A DNA stretch of 64,000 bases from NCBI GenBank assembly GCA_965205265.1, contig CBDBGH010000003.1, positions 5,056,001-5,120,000 on the forward strand, written 5' to 3'. Every line of letters starts with the position of its first letter. Within the stretch, counting starts at the first letter, position 1. The translations under genes and the position numbers were made by a program. Positions 28,427 to 36,732 of the stretch are shown here, one piece after another. The notes under the pieces were generated by a model. That model was not told the origin of the DNA and made no database searches. It saw only the letters and a list, made by a program, of their open reading frames with translations. The stretch comes from Alphaproteobacteria bacterium. Lineage in GTDB: Bacteria > Pseudomonadota > Alphaproteobacteria > Bin95.

Positions 28427-30769
28427 TCATGCGGGTCCCGTGATCCGCTCGAAGCTGTCCCGGACGACGTCCGGCCAGGGCGGGGGAACGCCGGACACCC
28501 CGAAATCGCCGCTCGCATCGTCCCGACCGGGGGCGGGACGGGGCGTGTCCGGAGCGTGCCGGTAGAGCCCGAGGACGCGCTTCGAGTCCGGCCGGGAAGC
28601 GGCAATGACCACGGCCATTGTCATGGGGCGCAGCAGGTCCGGATCCTGGGAGCCGGTCTTCAACCGACGGGAGAACCCCCAAAACCGGTGCAGGGTTGAC
28701 ATGACGCGTGAGGAGACGCTTTCCACGACAACGGCCGGCCCGCCGTCCTTCCAGACCGATGTGAGACGGCTCATGCCCTTGCGGATCGACGATCTGTAAC
28801 GTTCGGGTTCGGCCATCTTGAACACCGGATGGTTGACGAGATCCATGGCCAGGAACCGCTCAAGCTTTTCCTGCGGCATGCCGCCGGCCGCCATGGCGTT
28901 GACACGGTCCCGGAATGTCGCCCAGCGCGCCGGGTCATGCCCGAGATATTCCCAAGGGGTCATGTTGCCCTTGGCCTCGTTTTCCTCGATGCCGCAGAGC
29001 GTCTTGTTGTTGAAACTGTTCCTGTGGCTCGGGACCCGGGAACGGGGCCAGATATGGTCGATATTGTAGCGCGGGGTGCGGCCGAACAGGGCGTCGAAAG
29101 AAATGGTGGCCCCCGTGTAGGGGCACCGCTTGCCTGTTTCTACCCAGAGCAGCCAGCGCTCGATCTGGTTGTCGGAAGGCTTCCGGATGCCGTTCCTCGC
29201 AAGGTCGTCCTTGGCGGCGTTGCGCTGGACGATCCGCCGGCGGCGCGCGATCTCGGCGATCCGAGGGTCCGGGTCCATGGCCAATTCGGTGGCAAACAGC
29301 GCCCGTACACGGTCCGGGCGTCCGAACCGGTCGGAAAGCGAGCGGGCGAGCGTACACATCAGATGGAAGGAATCGGCAGGCCGGTTCCGGCCGTCTTCGG
29401 CGTTGTCCTCCTGGCCGGGGAACACCGTCCGGCGCCACTGCTTCCATTCCTCGGTGTTGAGCAGGGTCGAGAAGCGGATGCCGCGCTCCAGCTGCGGAAG
29501 TATCGTTTCGAGGGCTTCCGCAGAGAACGGTTCCGCCCCGGCGCTCATTTCGAGCGCGGCGAGCGCCTCGGCCCGCCGGGCGGACAGACCGTACTCGCGG
29601 CAGAACCGCTGGGCGGCCGCGCGGCGCAAGGCGAGGCGCTCACCGACGGGCCGGACGATCGGCCGGTTATTCCCGTTGGCCCGGTAGTCGGCCTCCCAAA
29701 GCAGACCGGAAACCCGTTCGCGTATCTCGTCCCTGCGCGGATGGCGGTTCCATCGCTCGCCGAAAGCGGTTTGCAGGGCAACCTCGACCGGGTTGGCGGT
29801 CAGGCCGGCCTCGCCACCCTCCTCGAAATTGAACCGGGGCGGAATGAGGGTGCGGGAGTTGGCCCGGCCAACCGTTCCGGCCTCGCCCAGGGTGCGCCAT
29901 GCCTCGTCCCAGGACAGCGCTGCGCTGTTTTCGAGGGCTTCCCTGGCCTTGCGGCGCCGCTCCTGGCCTATCGGCCCGAGAATGTCCCGCACCTCGTTCC
30001 AGGACAGGAAATGACGGGCGCGAAGGGCATCAAGCAGCGCCGTCCGTTCAGGGTCCGAAAGCCTTCGGTCCTGCGGATAGACGATCGAAAGCGCATTGAG
30101 CTTGTCGAGCATCTGCTTTTCACGGGCGAGCCAGGTGCTCTTGGGGCAGAGTGGGGCCCCCGGCACGAAGGGACATTGGCCCGGGAACCGGTTGGGCGTC
30201 CAACTGTGCGGGCTGTCGGGGACCAGCGCGGCCTTGAGGCTCTGCCGCACCCCCGGAGCGGACAGCCCGTCATGATGGACCGCCTGACTGTCCCAGAGGA
30301 CATCGAATTCCTTCAGGAGATCCTCGCGGCATCCGGGTGGGCCCGGGAGGCTGTCGCGCCCCGACAGGCCCGTCCGGACCGCGCTGCCGGAGGCGATATA
30401 GAGGTCCTCGCCACGGCGGTGCTGCACAAGCTGAAAGAGGAGCCGCCCGAATTCCCGGCGCGCGAGCGCCTCGCCCCGGGCGGCTCGCAGCCGCAGGTGA
30501 GCGAGATCGCCGGTATCCGCGACCAGCCAGCGCCACTCGGCGGTATGCTGGTCGGGCAGGAGGCGGTGGGCGGCAAGCAGGCGTCGGGCCTGCCTGCGCC
30601 GGCCCAGGCCGTATCGCCGGGCGGCGCGGCGACGCGCCGGTCCGGCGACGATGTCGACGGGTTCCAGGCCGACCGAAAGGATCCGGCCGCCGTCCCCGTC
30701 GCCATCGCGTTCGACCACGGCATAGCCGACAAGGTTCGGTTGGACATTGAAACCGAAGGTCAGGGTCAC
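28427..30769 (-). CDS. truncated type II-C Cas9 derivative (~780 aa): HNH intact, RuvC inactivated, no PAM-interacting domain
   Basis: RuvC-I-like FGFNVQPNLVGYAVVE; Arg-rich bridge; LRLRAARGEAL..EFGRLLFQLVQHRRG; GQCPF...PKSTWL...LNAL; HNH RCPYTG.TISFDALF...IDHIWPRSR...NSFNNKTLC...NEAKGNMTPWE; ends at PPPWPD; GTG start overlaps the upstream TGA. Confidence 0.88.
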   Translation of the reverse strand: MTLTFGFNVQPNLVGYAVVERDGDGDGGRILSVGLEPVDIVAGPARRRAARRYGLGRRRQARRLLAAHRLLPDQHTAEWRWLVADTGDLAHLRLRAARGEALARREFGRLLFQLVQHRRGEDLYIASGSAVRTGLSGRDSLPGPPGCREDLLKEFDVLWDSQAVHHDGLSAPGVRQSLKAALVPDSPHSWTPNRFPGQCPFVPGAPLCPKSTWLAREKQMLDKLNALSIVYPQDRRLSDPERTALLDALRARHFLSWNEVRDILGPIGQERRRKAREALENSAALSWDEAWRTLGEAGTVGRANSRTLIPPRFNFEEGGEAGLTANPVEVALQTAFGERWNRHPRRDEIRERVSGLLWEADYRANGNNRPIVRPVGERLALRRAAAQRFCREYGLSARRAEALAALEMSAGAEPFSAEALETILPQLERGIRFSTLLNTEEWKQWRRTVFPGQEDNAEDGRNRPADSFHLMCTLARSLSDRFGRPDRVRALFATELAMDPDPRIAEIARRRRIVQRNAAKDDLARNGIRKPSDNQIERWLLWVETGKRCPYTGATISFDALFGRTPRYNIDHIWPRSRVPSHRNSFNNKTLCGIEENEAKGNMTPWEYLGHDPARWATFRDRVNAMAAGGMPQEKLERFLAMDLVNHPVFKMAEPERYRSSIRKGMSRLTSVWKDGGPAVVVESVSSRVMSTLHRFWGFSRRLKTGSQDPDLLRPMTMAVVIAASRPDSKRVLGLYRHAPDTPRPAPGRDDASGDFGVSGVPPPWPDVVRDSFERITGPA

Positions 30770-31230
30770 GGGAGCCTGCCAGGGGAGACGTCGGCGGCAC
30801 CGGCCTCCCGGGAGGACGAGGAGGGGCGACCGAACTCCTCCTCCACTTCCTCGAGCCAGGTCTGCACGCAACGGCGCGCATGGGCGCGCTGGATTTCGTC
30901 CGCATCGGCATAGCCGGGGATGCGTGACCAGTCGCCTGTAGTGACGGCGCGGTGCGCGTCCGCCGGGGACAATACGGCTCCTCCGCCGCGCGAGCAGTGG
31001 ACCGCGAGGACCTGGTCGTCGCGCGTGGTTCCGGAATCATCGGACCAGTAGATGTAGTATTCGGAGCGCACGAATCCGTTGCGCTCGCGCCATTCGGCCT
31101 GCAGCCGGGCACGTTCGTTCATCCGGGTGTCGAAGCCGGCGGCGTCAACGGTCTTCCCGAGACTGTTGTACTGGTCATGCTGTGCCGCCGTCGGTCCGGG
31201 CAGCAGGGCGCTCCAGCGCGTGTAGGACAT
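30766..31230 (-). CDS. hypothetical protein, paralog of 31257-31685, coupled to the Cas9-like gene
   Basis: MSYTRWSALLP.PT.AQ...NGFVRSEYYIYW...DQVLAVH...DWSRIPGY...CV..W; GTGA overlap. Confidence 0.75.
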   Translation of the reverse strand: MSYTRWSALLPGPTAAQHDQYNSLGKTVDAAGFDTRMNERARLQAEWRERNGFVRSEYYIYWSDDSGTTRDDQVLAVHCSRGGGAVLSPADAHRAVTTGDWSRIPGYADADEIQRAHARRCVQTWLEEVEEEFGRPSSSSREAGAADVSPGRLP

Positions 31231-31256
31231 GGGTGATCTCCGGCCGGGAACCGCTG

Positions 31257-31685
31257 TCAGCCGCCGGTTTCCGGGGCGGGCGGTGCCGGGTATTTCGCGA
31301 CCACGTCCGCAATCCACTGGCCAACGCAGGCGCGGACATTGGCGCGCTGGACTTCCCCGCATTCCGTGTAGCCCGGCACGCAGGACCAGTCGTCACCGTC
31401 CAGCGCGTTCCGGGCCTGTGCCAGGGTGATCCGGGTGCGCGCCCAGGGGCCGCAATAATGGATGCAGAGAAGCTGGTCTTCGCATTTGTCTCCGGACCCG
31501 GCGTCCCAGTAGATGTAGTGGTCGGCGCGCACGAACCCGTTCGCCCGGCACCACTCGTCAATGCGCTCGCCGTAACTCTCGACCCATTCGAGCGGCGATC
31601 CCGCCCGGGCATAGAGGTCCAGATACGCATCGAGCTGGGCCTCCGTGGGTTCGGGGAGCAGACTGATCCAACGCGAGTAGGCCAT
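31257..31685 (-). CDS. hypothetical protein, paralog of 30766-31230
   Basis: MAYSRWISLLP.PT.AQ...NGFVRADHYIYW...DQLLCIH...DWSCVPGY...CV..W. Confidence 0.75.
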   Translation of the reverse strand: MAYSRWISLLPEPTEAQLDAYLDLYARAGSPLEWVESYGERIDEWCRANGFVRADHYIYWDAGSGDKCEDQLLCIHYCGPWARTRITLAQARNALDGDDWSCVPGYTECGEVQRANVRACVGQWIADVVAKYPAPPAPETGG

Positions 31686-31724
31686 GGTTCCTTCCCTTTG
31701 TCCGGCGTGCATCGGCGTGTCGGC

Positions 31725-32546
31725 TCAGCCGACTTCGCCGCCCCAGAGATCGGCGACGAAGATCTGCCATGCGATCCTCTCGCGAAGCAGCCAGCCCTCG
31801 ATCTCGCCCCTCGGGACGTCGGACAGAGGTCCCTGCGGATGCACGAGGTGCCAGAGTTGGTGTTCCCCGGTCTCGTCGGCAAGGGGGACGAAACCGCAGG
31901 ACCGGGCCAGGGCCTGGCTGTCCCGGGGGACCGCCCGGAGCATGTAGTGCTTGTGGAGGCGGTCATCGCCGGCGTTCTCGCCGGCGAGGATGAGGAGATC
32001 GGTTTTTTCCAGGTGCGCGTCCTCTCCGTTCACCAGGTAGTTGTCGGGGTTCCATGGCGTTGCGTTGCGGCCGATGAAAGCGCGCAGGCGCTTCAGCTCG
32101 CCGAGCAATTGCTCGGCGAGGACCTTGTCGCCGGTCGGCACGCGGCGGGCGGCGGGTCCGGCCGCTTCGCCGCCTTCCGGTTCTTCGGCCTCGCCGGCGA
32201 GAAGACCCCGCACGAGGGCATCGGCCCTTCGCGCCGCCTGCGGTGTCTTGCCGGGCCGGAAATTGCCATTGCCGTCCAGGGCCTCCAGGACGTCGTCGCG
32301 CACGGCCTCGAGAGCCTTGCGCATTTCGCCGTTCCGTGCGCGCAGCAGGTCGTTCTCCGCCGCCAGTTCGGGGGCGGCGCGCAGCAGGTCATGGTCCTCG
32401 GGCGACACCAGGATGGCGATCGCCTTGCGCCAGGCGCTGCTCTCGTCCGGGGCGTCATCGGGGAGAGGCCCGCGGAGCATGTAGCCGTTCGGGGCCCGGT
32501 CGATGAACCAGGGCGGCGGCGTGTGTCCTTCGATGTTCTTCATCAT
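31725..32546 (-). CDS. hypothetical protein (HTPPPW...D..L.RAAPEL N-terminus of phage/plasmid type)
   Basis: 273-aa ORF in the co-directional operon. Confidence 0.65.
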   Translation of the reverse strand: MMKNIEGHTPPPWFIDRAPNGYMLRGPLPDDAPDESSAWRKAIAILVSPEDHDLLRAAPELAAENDLLRARNGEMRKALEAVRDDVLEALDGNGNFRPGKTPQAARRADALVRGLLAGEAEEPEGGEAAGPAARRVPTGDKVLAEQLLGELKRLRAFIGRNATPWNPDNYLVNGEDAHLEKTDLLILAGENAGDDRLHKHYMLRAVPRDSQALARSCGFVPLADETGEHQLWHLVHPQGPLSDVPRGEIEGWLLRERIAWQIFVADLWGGEVG

Positions 32547-32767
32547 GATGCCCTATGGCGCTTCGGGCTGATGTCCCGGTCCTCCGCAAGTCCACCGTGC
32601 TGCGGGCAGCCTTCGCCGAGAAGGCGTTCATGGCCGCAGGCGCTGCACCGGAACAGCGCGGTCGTCCATCCGCATTCGGGGCAATGCCAGAGCCCCGCCG
32701 GCCGGTAGCGGCGGTGCCGGCAGACAACGCCCCAGACACGGGCGAGAAAGGTCGCGGCGACGATCAT
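32543..32767 (-). CDS. small zinc-ribbon protein
   Basis: CPECG...CSACG...CPQHG; ATGA overlaps on both sides. Confidence 0.6.
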   Translation of the reverse strand: MIVAATFLARVWGVVCRHRRYRPAGLWHCPECGWTTALFRCSACGHERLLGEGCPQHGGLAEDRDISPKRHRAS

Positions 32768-33009
32768 GCATCCCCGTCGTCGCTGAATTTGCAGTAGCTC
32801 CAGCCTCTCCAGCGCCGGTCGCGGCAGAAGACCTGGGGTTGCATGCTCGGAGACGGGCCGCGCGTTCCGCGGGCCAGGAAGAACCGGCCGGAGGGATAGT
32901 CGGTCTCGATCCGGATGTCGCGCAGCTGTTTCGACCGTTGCCGCCGGGCGGCGGCGGCTTCGTCCGTGCTTTCGTAGAACTGCACCCGAACGTTGATCGC
33001 CCTGCTCAT
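32764..33009 (-). CDS. small CRDxxWR-family protein (paralog 4)
   Basis: RVQFY...SGRFFL...VFCRDRRWRGWSYC. Confidence 0.7.
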   Translation of the reverse strand: MSRAINVRVQFYESTDEAAAARRQRSKQLRDIRIETDYPSGRFFLARGTRGPSPSMQPQVFCRDRRWRGWSYCKFSDDGDA

Positions 33010-33251
33010 TCCGGGAGACCCTCCGTTGGCCATACGCACCGGCTCCAGCCTCTCCAGCGCCGGTCCCTGCAGAACACCTTGCGCTGCGAGAGCGGATTGG
33101 CCTCGTCCGCCTTGCGGTACAGGAAGACCCGGCCGGACGCATGGTGAATGTCCGTCTCGACGGGCGCCCGCCTCGACAGTCTCTCCATGTCGGCGGCCGC
33201 AGCCTCGGAGGTCGTATAGAGGGCAACCCGGGAATCGTAGCTCGCGCTCAT
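33006..33251 (-). CDS. small CRDxxWR-family protein (paralog 3)
   Basis: RVALY...SGRVFL...VFCRDRRWRGWSRC.WP. Confidence 0.7.
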   Translation of the reverse strand: MSASYDSRVALYTTSEAAAADMERLSRRAPVETDIHHASGRVFLYRKADEANPLSQRKVFCRDRRWRGWSRCVWPTEGLPE

Positions 33252-33496
33252 GCCGCCGCCACCGATCTCGGCCACTCGCACCGGCTGACGACACGCCAGC
33301 GCCGGTCGCGGCAGAGCACCCGGCGTTCTTTCCACCAGAGGTTCGGCTCGTCCGGGTTGCGGGCCAGGAAGCGCTGGCCGGTGAGTCTGTGGACCCTGAC
33401 GTAAACTCTCTTGGGGTTCGAGAGTCCGCTGCGGGCGGCACAGGCGTCCCGCCGGGTCCCGTAGAACTGCACCCGGCGGTCGATGCCGCTGCTCAT
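33248..33496 (-). CDS. small CRDxxWR-family protein (paralog 2)
   Basis: RVQFY...TGQRFL...VLCRDRRWRVVSRC.WP. Confidence 0.7.
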   Translation of the reverse strand: MSSGIDRRVQFYGTRRDACAARSGLSNPKRVYVRVHRLTGQRFLARNPDEPNLWWKERRVLCRDRRWRVVSRCEWPRSVAAA

Positions 33497-34005
33497 GACG
33501 GCGGGCCGTCCGGCCATTGGCAGGCCGCGAAGGGACGCCACACCTTGTCCCGGCAGAGGGCGTGGCGCGCCAGGTAACCTGACCGGATCAGAAACCGGCT
33601 GTCGGAGACAGGATGGCGAGCGATCTGGATGTGCATTGTGGCCGGGTGCCCGTCGCGCTCCTCGACAGCGGCGAAATCGCTTCCGAAGAACAGCACTTCC
33701 TCCGGACAGGTGAGCAGGGCGTCGATGCGGTTGGCCATCTCGTTGGCCCTGGGGGCCAGCGGCAGTGGATCGCCGTTTCTGTGAGCGGCGTTGCTCATGT
33801 CCAGAAGCAGGGCGTTGCAGTCGGCCAGCGCGGCGCGAAGCCGGACATTCCGTTCCTCCAGTTCCTCCCAGCAGAACGGGCAGATGGCGCCGTCGCGGCC
33901 CCAGTCATGGCGGGAGCCCAGTCTGGCGTCGCAAAGCTCCTTCAGCTTGGCCTGGGCGGCCTCGCTGCCCATGTCCACTTCGTGCCTGTAGCAGCCCCAG
34001 CCCAT
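33493..34005 (-). CDS. CRDxxWR-family protein with N-terminal Cys/coiled-coil extension (paralog 1)
   Basis: CYRH...CPFC, coiled coil, then SRFL...LCRDKVWR..AC.WP; first gene after the promoter. Confidence 0.7.
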   Translation of the reverse strand: MGWGCYRHEVDMGSEAAQAKLKELCDARLGSRHDWGRDGAICPFCWEELEERNVRLRAALADCNALLLDMSNAAHRNGDPLPLAPRANEMANRIDALLTCPEEVLFFGSDFAAVEERDGHPATMHIQIARHPVSDSRFLIRSGYLARHALCRDKVWRPFAACQWPDGPPS

Positions 34006-34094
34006 GGGTCTCACTCCCCGGTTGCAATCGTTCGTTCGGCGGCCATTCGCGCAGGCTGTTCCGGCGGCCCATGCGATGCCGGTCCTGAGCATGC

Positions 34095-34148
34095 AGTTTA
34101 CCGGCAGCGGGCAATTATGTCAATCCGATTGTCATGATAAGCGGATTG
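34095..34148 (-). promoter_or_regulatory. sigma70 promoter plus operator copy 4 driving the Cas9-derivative operon
   Basis: Minus-strand TTGACA (34123-34118)-N17-TAAACT (34100-34095); CAATCCGATTG-tcatga-TAAGCGGATTG at 34121-34148 overlaps the -35. Confidence 0.75.
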
Positions 34149-34275
34149 CGGTTTTGTCCTCCAGATCGCGGGAGGGCACTGCGTTCATGGGCGATTTCCC
34201 TCCCTCCTGCCTTGCCCTTGGAGAGCGTCAAGCGCCTTGTCCCGGAAGCGGGCGCACGGGGAAGAACAATGCCGG

Positions 34276-34569
34276 TCAGGGTTCCATGGTGGAGTCGGGC
34301 TCCGCGGCCGTCGCGAGACCGGGAACCTCCTCCCGGAAAAAACGGCGCAGGCGGGACTTCATCGTCCCCCAATTGTCAAGGCCGCGCAGACAGTCCTCTA
34401 CGCCTTCCTTGACCCGGTCGGGGACCGGGCAAGCGTCGCCGGGCTCGAAGAGAAAGCGCTCGGGACGGCTCGGGCTCCAGGGGGTCTGCACGACATGGCC
34501 GATCTCGGCGCCTTCCGGGGTGGCCACTGCGGCCCGGTTGCCTGTTCGGGCGGAAACGGTGACTTGCAT
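34276..34569 (-). CDS. small hypothetical protein
   Basis: AAGGAG RBS; ends DSTMEP. Confidence 0.6.
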   Translation of the reverse strand: MQVTVSARTGNRAAVATPEGAEIGHVVQTPWSPSRPERFLFEPGDACPVPDRVKEGVEDCLRGLDNWGTMKSRLRRFFREEVPGLATAAEPDSTMEP

Positions 34570-34620
34570 GGGCGCTCCTTACGGAGTTTTCAAAGGGACT
34601 TGCAATAGTGAGTTGGCGGC

Positions 34621-34962
34621 TCACGCCACGGACCCGGTCTCGCTCCCCACGCTCTCCTTGGCGAAGGCCACGGCGTCCTTGAGCTGTTCGGCGGTCGCCG
34701 GCGTGGCGTGGAACCAGGCGACTGGCGGATGCGGCCGGACGGCGCTTTCGGCGAAGAGGGCCTCGACGCCGGCAATCAGCCGGGCGTTGATCTCCCGCAG
34801 TCGTGCGGCCTCCCTCTCCGCCGCATCGGCAATGCCGGCATGGACATAATCGACTTCCCTTGACGGATAGTCGCAGGTCCAGAGCCGCAGGCGCGGCGGC
34901 GGGTTCTTCGCGGTCTGCACATAGTGGGGAAGGCCAACGGCCGATTCCAGCTGAGCGGTCAT
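34621..34962 (-). CDS. small hypothetical protein
   Basis: Start MTAQLE overlaps the upstream stop. Confidence 0.55.
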   Translation of the reverse strand: MTAQLESAVGLPHYVQTAKNPPPRLRLWTCDYPSREVDYVHAGIADAAEREAARLREINARLIAGVEALFAESAVRPHPPVAWFHATPATAEQLKDAVAFAKESVGSETGSVA

Positions 34963-35420
34963 CAGGGTGTCTCCGTCCTTCCCGACTCGGGTGCCGGGTC
35001 TTCGCCGATGTGCTGGAGGATGATGAACCGGGCATCGACGACCGCGCACAGCGGTAGCAGCGCCAGGAGGAAGATGCAGGCAGCCGGGTAGAGAAGCGGC
35101 AGACCCGGTTCGGCGTCCGGCGAGAGAATCTGCGTGGGAAGCGTGAATGCCCGGAGACCGGCCTCAAACACCATGATGCCGACCAGAAACACGACGGAGT
35201 AGATTGCGGCAAGGAGACCGAGGGTAGTGGGCTGGCGCCATGGCTTGACGGCGGACCGCACCCAGCCGTGGCGCAGGGCATCCCCGACAGGCCCCAGGGC
35301 GGGGACCATGTAGATGAGCATGACGGAAAGCGGGTCGACGACGGGATCCAGAAGCAGGCCGACGGCGGTCACCAGGAATACGGTCTTGACGACCAGGATG
35401 ACGAAGGTGGGGCCGTTCAT
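34962..35420 (-). CDS. membrane protein (~4 TM)
   Basis: Four hydrophobic segments; ATGA coupling. Confidence 0.65.
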   Translation of the reverse strand: MNGPTFVILVVKTVFLVTAVGLLLDPVVDPLSVMLIYMVPALGPVGDALRHGWVRSAVKPWRQPTTLGLLAAIYSVVFLVGIMVFEAGLRAFTLPTQILSPDAEPGLPLLYPAACIFLLALLPLCAVVDARFIILQHIGEDPAPESGRTETP

Positions 35421-36055
35421 GGCCGTGTTCCTTGCGGACGTTGATTCAGACCGGGCTCGGGGTGCGACCGAACCGGCTTCGAGGCTGCGGACATCACGAG
35501 CGCCGCGCGCCTGTGGGCGGCGAGGGCGTCTATGATGTCCAGCACCAATTGCTGCAGCCGCCTCTCGGAGGGCACGGGATCCAGCCACTCGAACTCGATC
35601 GCCGCTGCGCCCGCCCGGTCGTAGAAGACGCCGCTGAGCAGATCCGCCTGTCCCTGGCCGGCCGAAACCCGGTGCGGGTCTTCGCTAAGGTCAACCAGCC
35701 GGCAGCGGAAACGGGGCGCCCAGGTGTGGACGAGATAGGTCCGCCGCTCGCCGCTCGGCATGGGAAGACCGTGGGCGATCAACCAGCGGTCCCGACGCCA
35801 CTTCGGCTCCGGGGGCGTCTGGCCGAGCAGGCGGACGATGCGCATCTGAATGCGCGGCGGAACCTTATGGAGGTCCGCGGCCCAGCGCCTGATGCGGAAT
35901 CCCGGCACCCGGAGTTTCCGGGCAAGGGCGTGCAGGGACGGTTGCGGGAACACGAGGCGTCCCAGGCTGTCCCGGCCCGGACGCCCGCACAGGGCGCGCG
36001 CAAGGTCGAGAAAGGCTTTCCTGGAGCGGAATTCCGAAGGATTGTTCCCGGTCAT
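35417..36055 (-). CDS. hypothetical protein with HTH-like N-terminus and YLVHT..PRF domain
   Basis: ALARKLRV..FRIRRW; RTYLVHTWAPRFRCRLV...FEWLDPVP. Confidence 0.6.
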   Translation of the reverse strand: MTGNNPSEFRSRKAFLDLARALCGRPGRDSLGRLVFPQPSLHALARKLRVPGFRIRRWAADLHKVPPRIQMRIVRLLGQTPPEPKWRRDRWLIAHGLPMPSGERRTYLVHTWAPRFRCRLVDLSEDPHRVSAGQGQADLLSGVFYDRAGAAAIEFEWLDPVPSERRLQQLVLDIIDALAAHRRAALVMSAASKPVRSHPEPGLNQRPQGTRP

Positions 36056-36732
36056 CCAGGCGGCTCCGGCGAAGGGCCTGCGCTCGGGGACTCGTCCGGG
36101 CCGTCGGCCGGAGCCCCGAGACCGCGGGCTTTCCCCATCATGCGCGCCAGGACATGTTCCTGAAGCTCCATTATCCAGACGCGGTCGGTGCGCCCATCGG
36201 CGGAGTCGCGCCAGATCGCGGCTTGCTGGGCCATGGAGACCGCCGCGCCCAGATAGGCGGGAGTCGGTGTATGGAGGTCGAGCAGGCACCACATGACGCA
36301 GGACCGGACAGCTCCGAAATGGGGCACCGGGGTTGCGGGCAGTGCAGCGATCCGGTCGCGCAGCCTGATCGCCTCCATCCCGAAGGCCTGCGGCTCGCCG
36401 GCCTCGCCGTTGCCGGCCAGCCTTGCGAGCAGGGAGGCGGCCTTTGTGACAACGGGGTCCTCGAGCAGGGACGGGGTTCCCTGCCGCTGGACAAACCCTT
36501 CTTCCGACCATTCCCACGGGCCGGCGAGCGGACTGGCGTCGTCGGTGAACAGCCAGTGCCACCATGCGGCCCGCCTGTCGGCCGTCATGGCCTGCAGCAG
36601 CGCGACGAGCGTTCCGCCGGTCCGCTCGTTCTGCCTGCCGAGTTGCCCGGCGAGTGCATGGCGCGGCATCCGGTATCGTTCCTGATCGGTCAGGATACCG
36701 GATTGCAGCTCAGGGACCGGGTCCGTCATCAT
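36052..36732 (-). CDS. hypothetical protein, one copy of a helical domain shared with 36710-37741
   Basis: LQAMTADRRAAWWHWLF..DASPL. Confidence 0.65.
   Translation of the reverse strand: MMTDPVPELQSGILTDQERYRMPRHALAGQLGRQNERTGGTLVALLQAMTADRRAAWWHWLFTDDASPLAGPWEWSEEGFVQRQGTPSLLEDPVVTKAASLLARLAGNGEAGEPQAFGMEAIRLRDRIAALPATPVPHFGAVRSCVMWCLLDLHTPTPAYLGAAVSMAQQAAIWRDSADGRTDRVWIMELQEHVLARMMGKARGLGAPADGPDESPSAGPSPEPPG

Noticed and set aside
3492-30769. Treating the CRISPR array and the Cas9-like gene as one type II system
   Set aside because: The repeats are strongly palindromic and end ATTGAAG (type I-like), lie 24 kb away, and I saw no anti-repeat/tracrRNA or cas1/cas2
30770-30871. 34-aa N-terminal extension of the Cas9-like ORF given in the track
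   Set aside because: Overlaps the upstream gene; the RuvC-I-like motif begins right after the GTG at 30769, as expected for a Cas9 N-terminus
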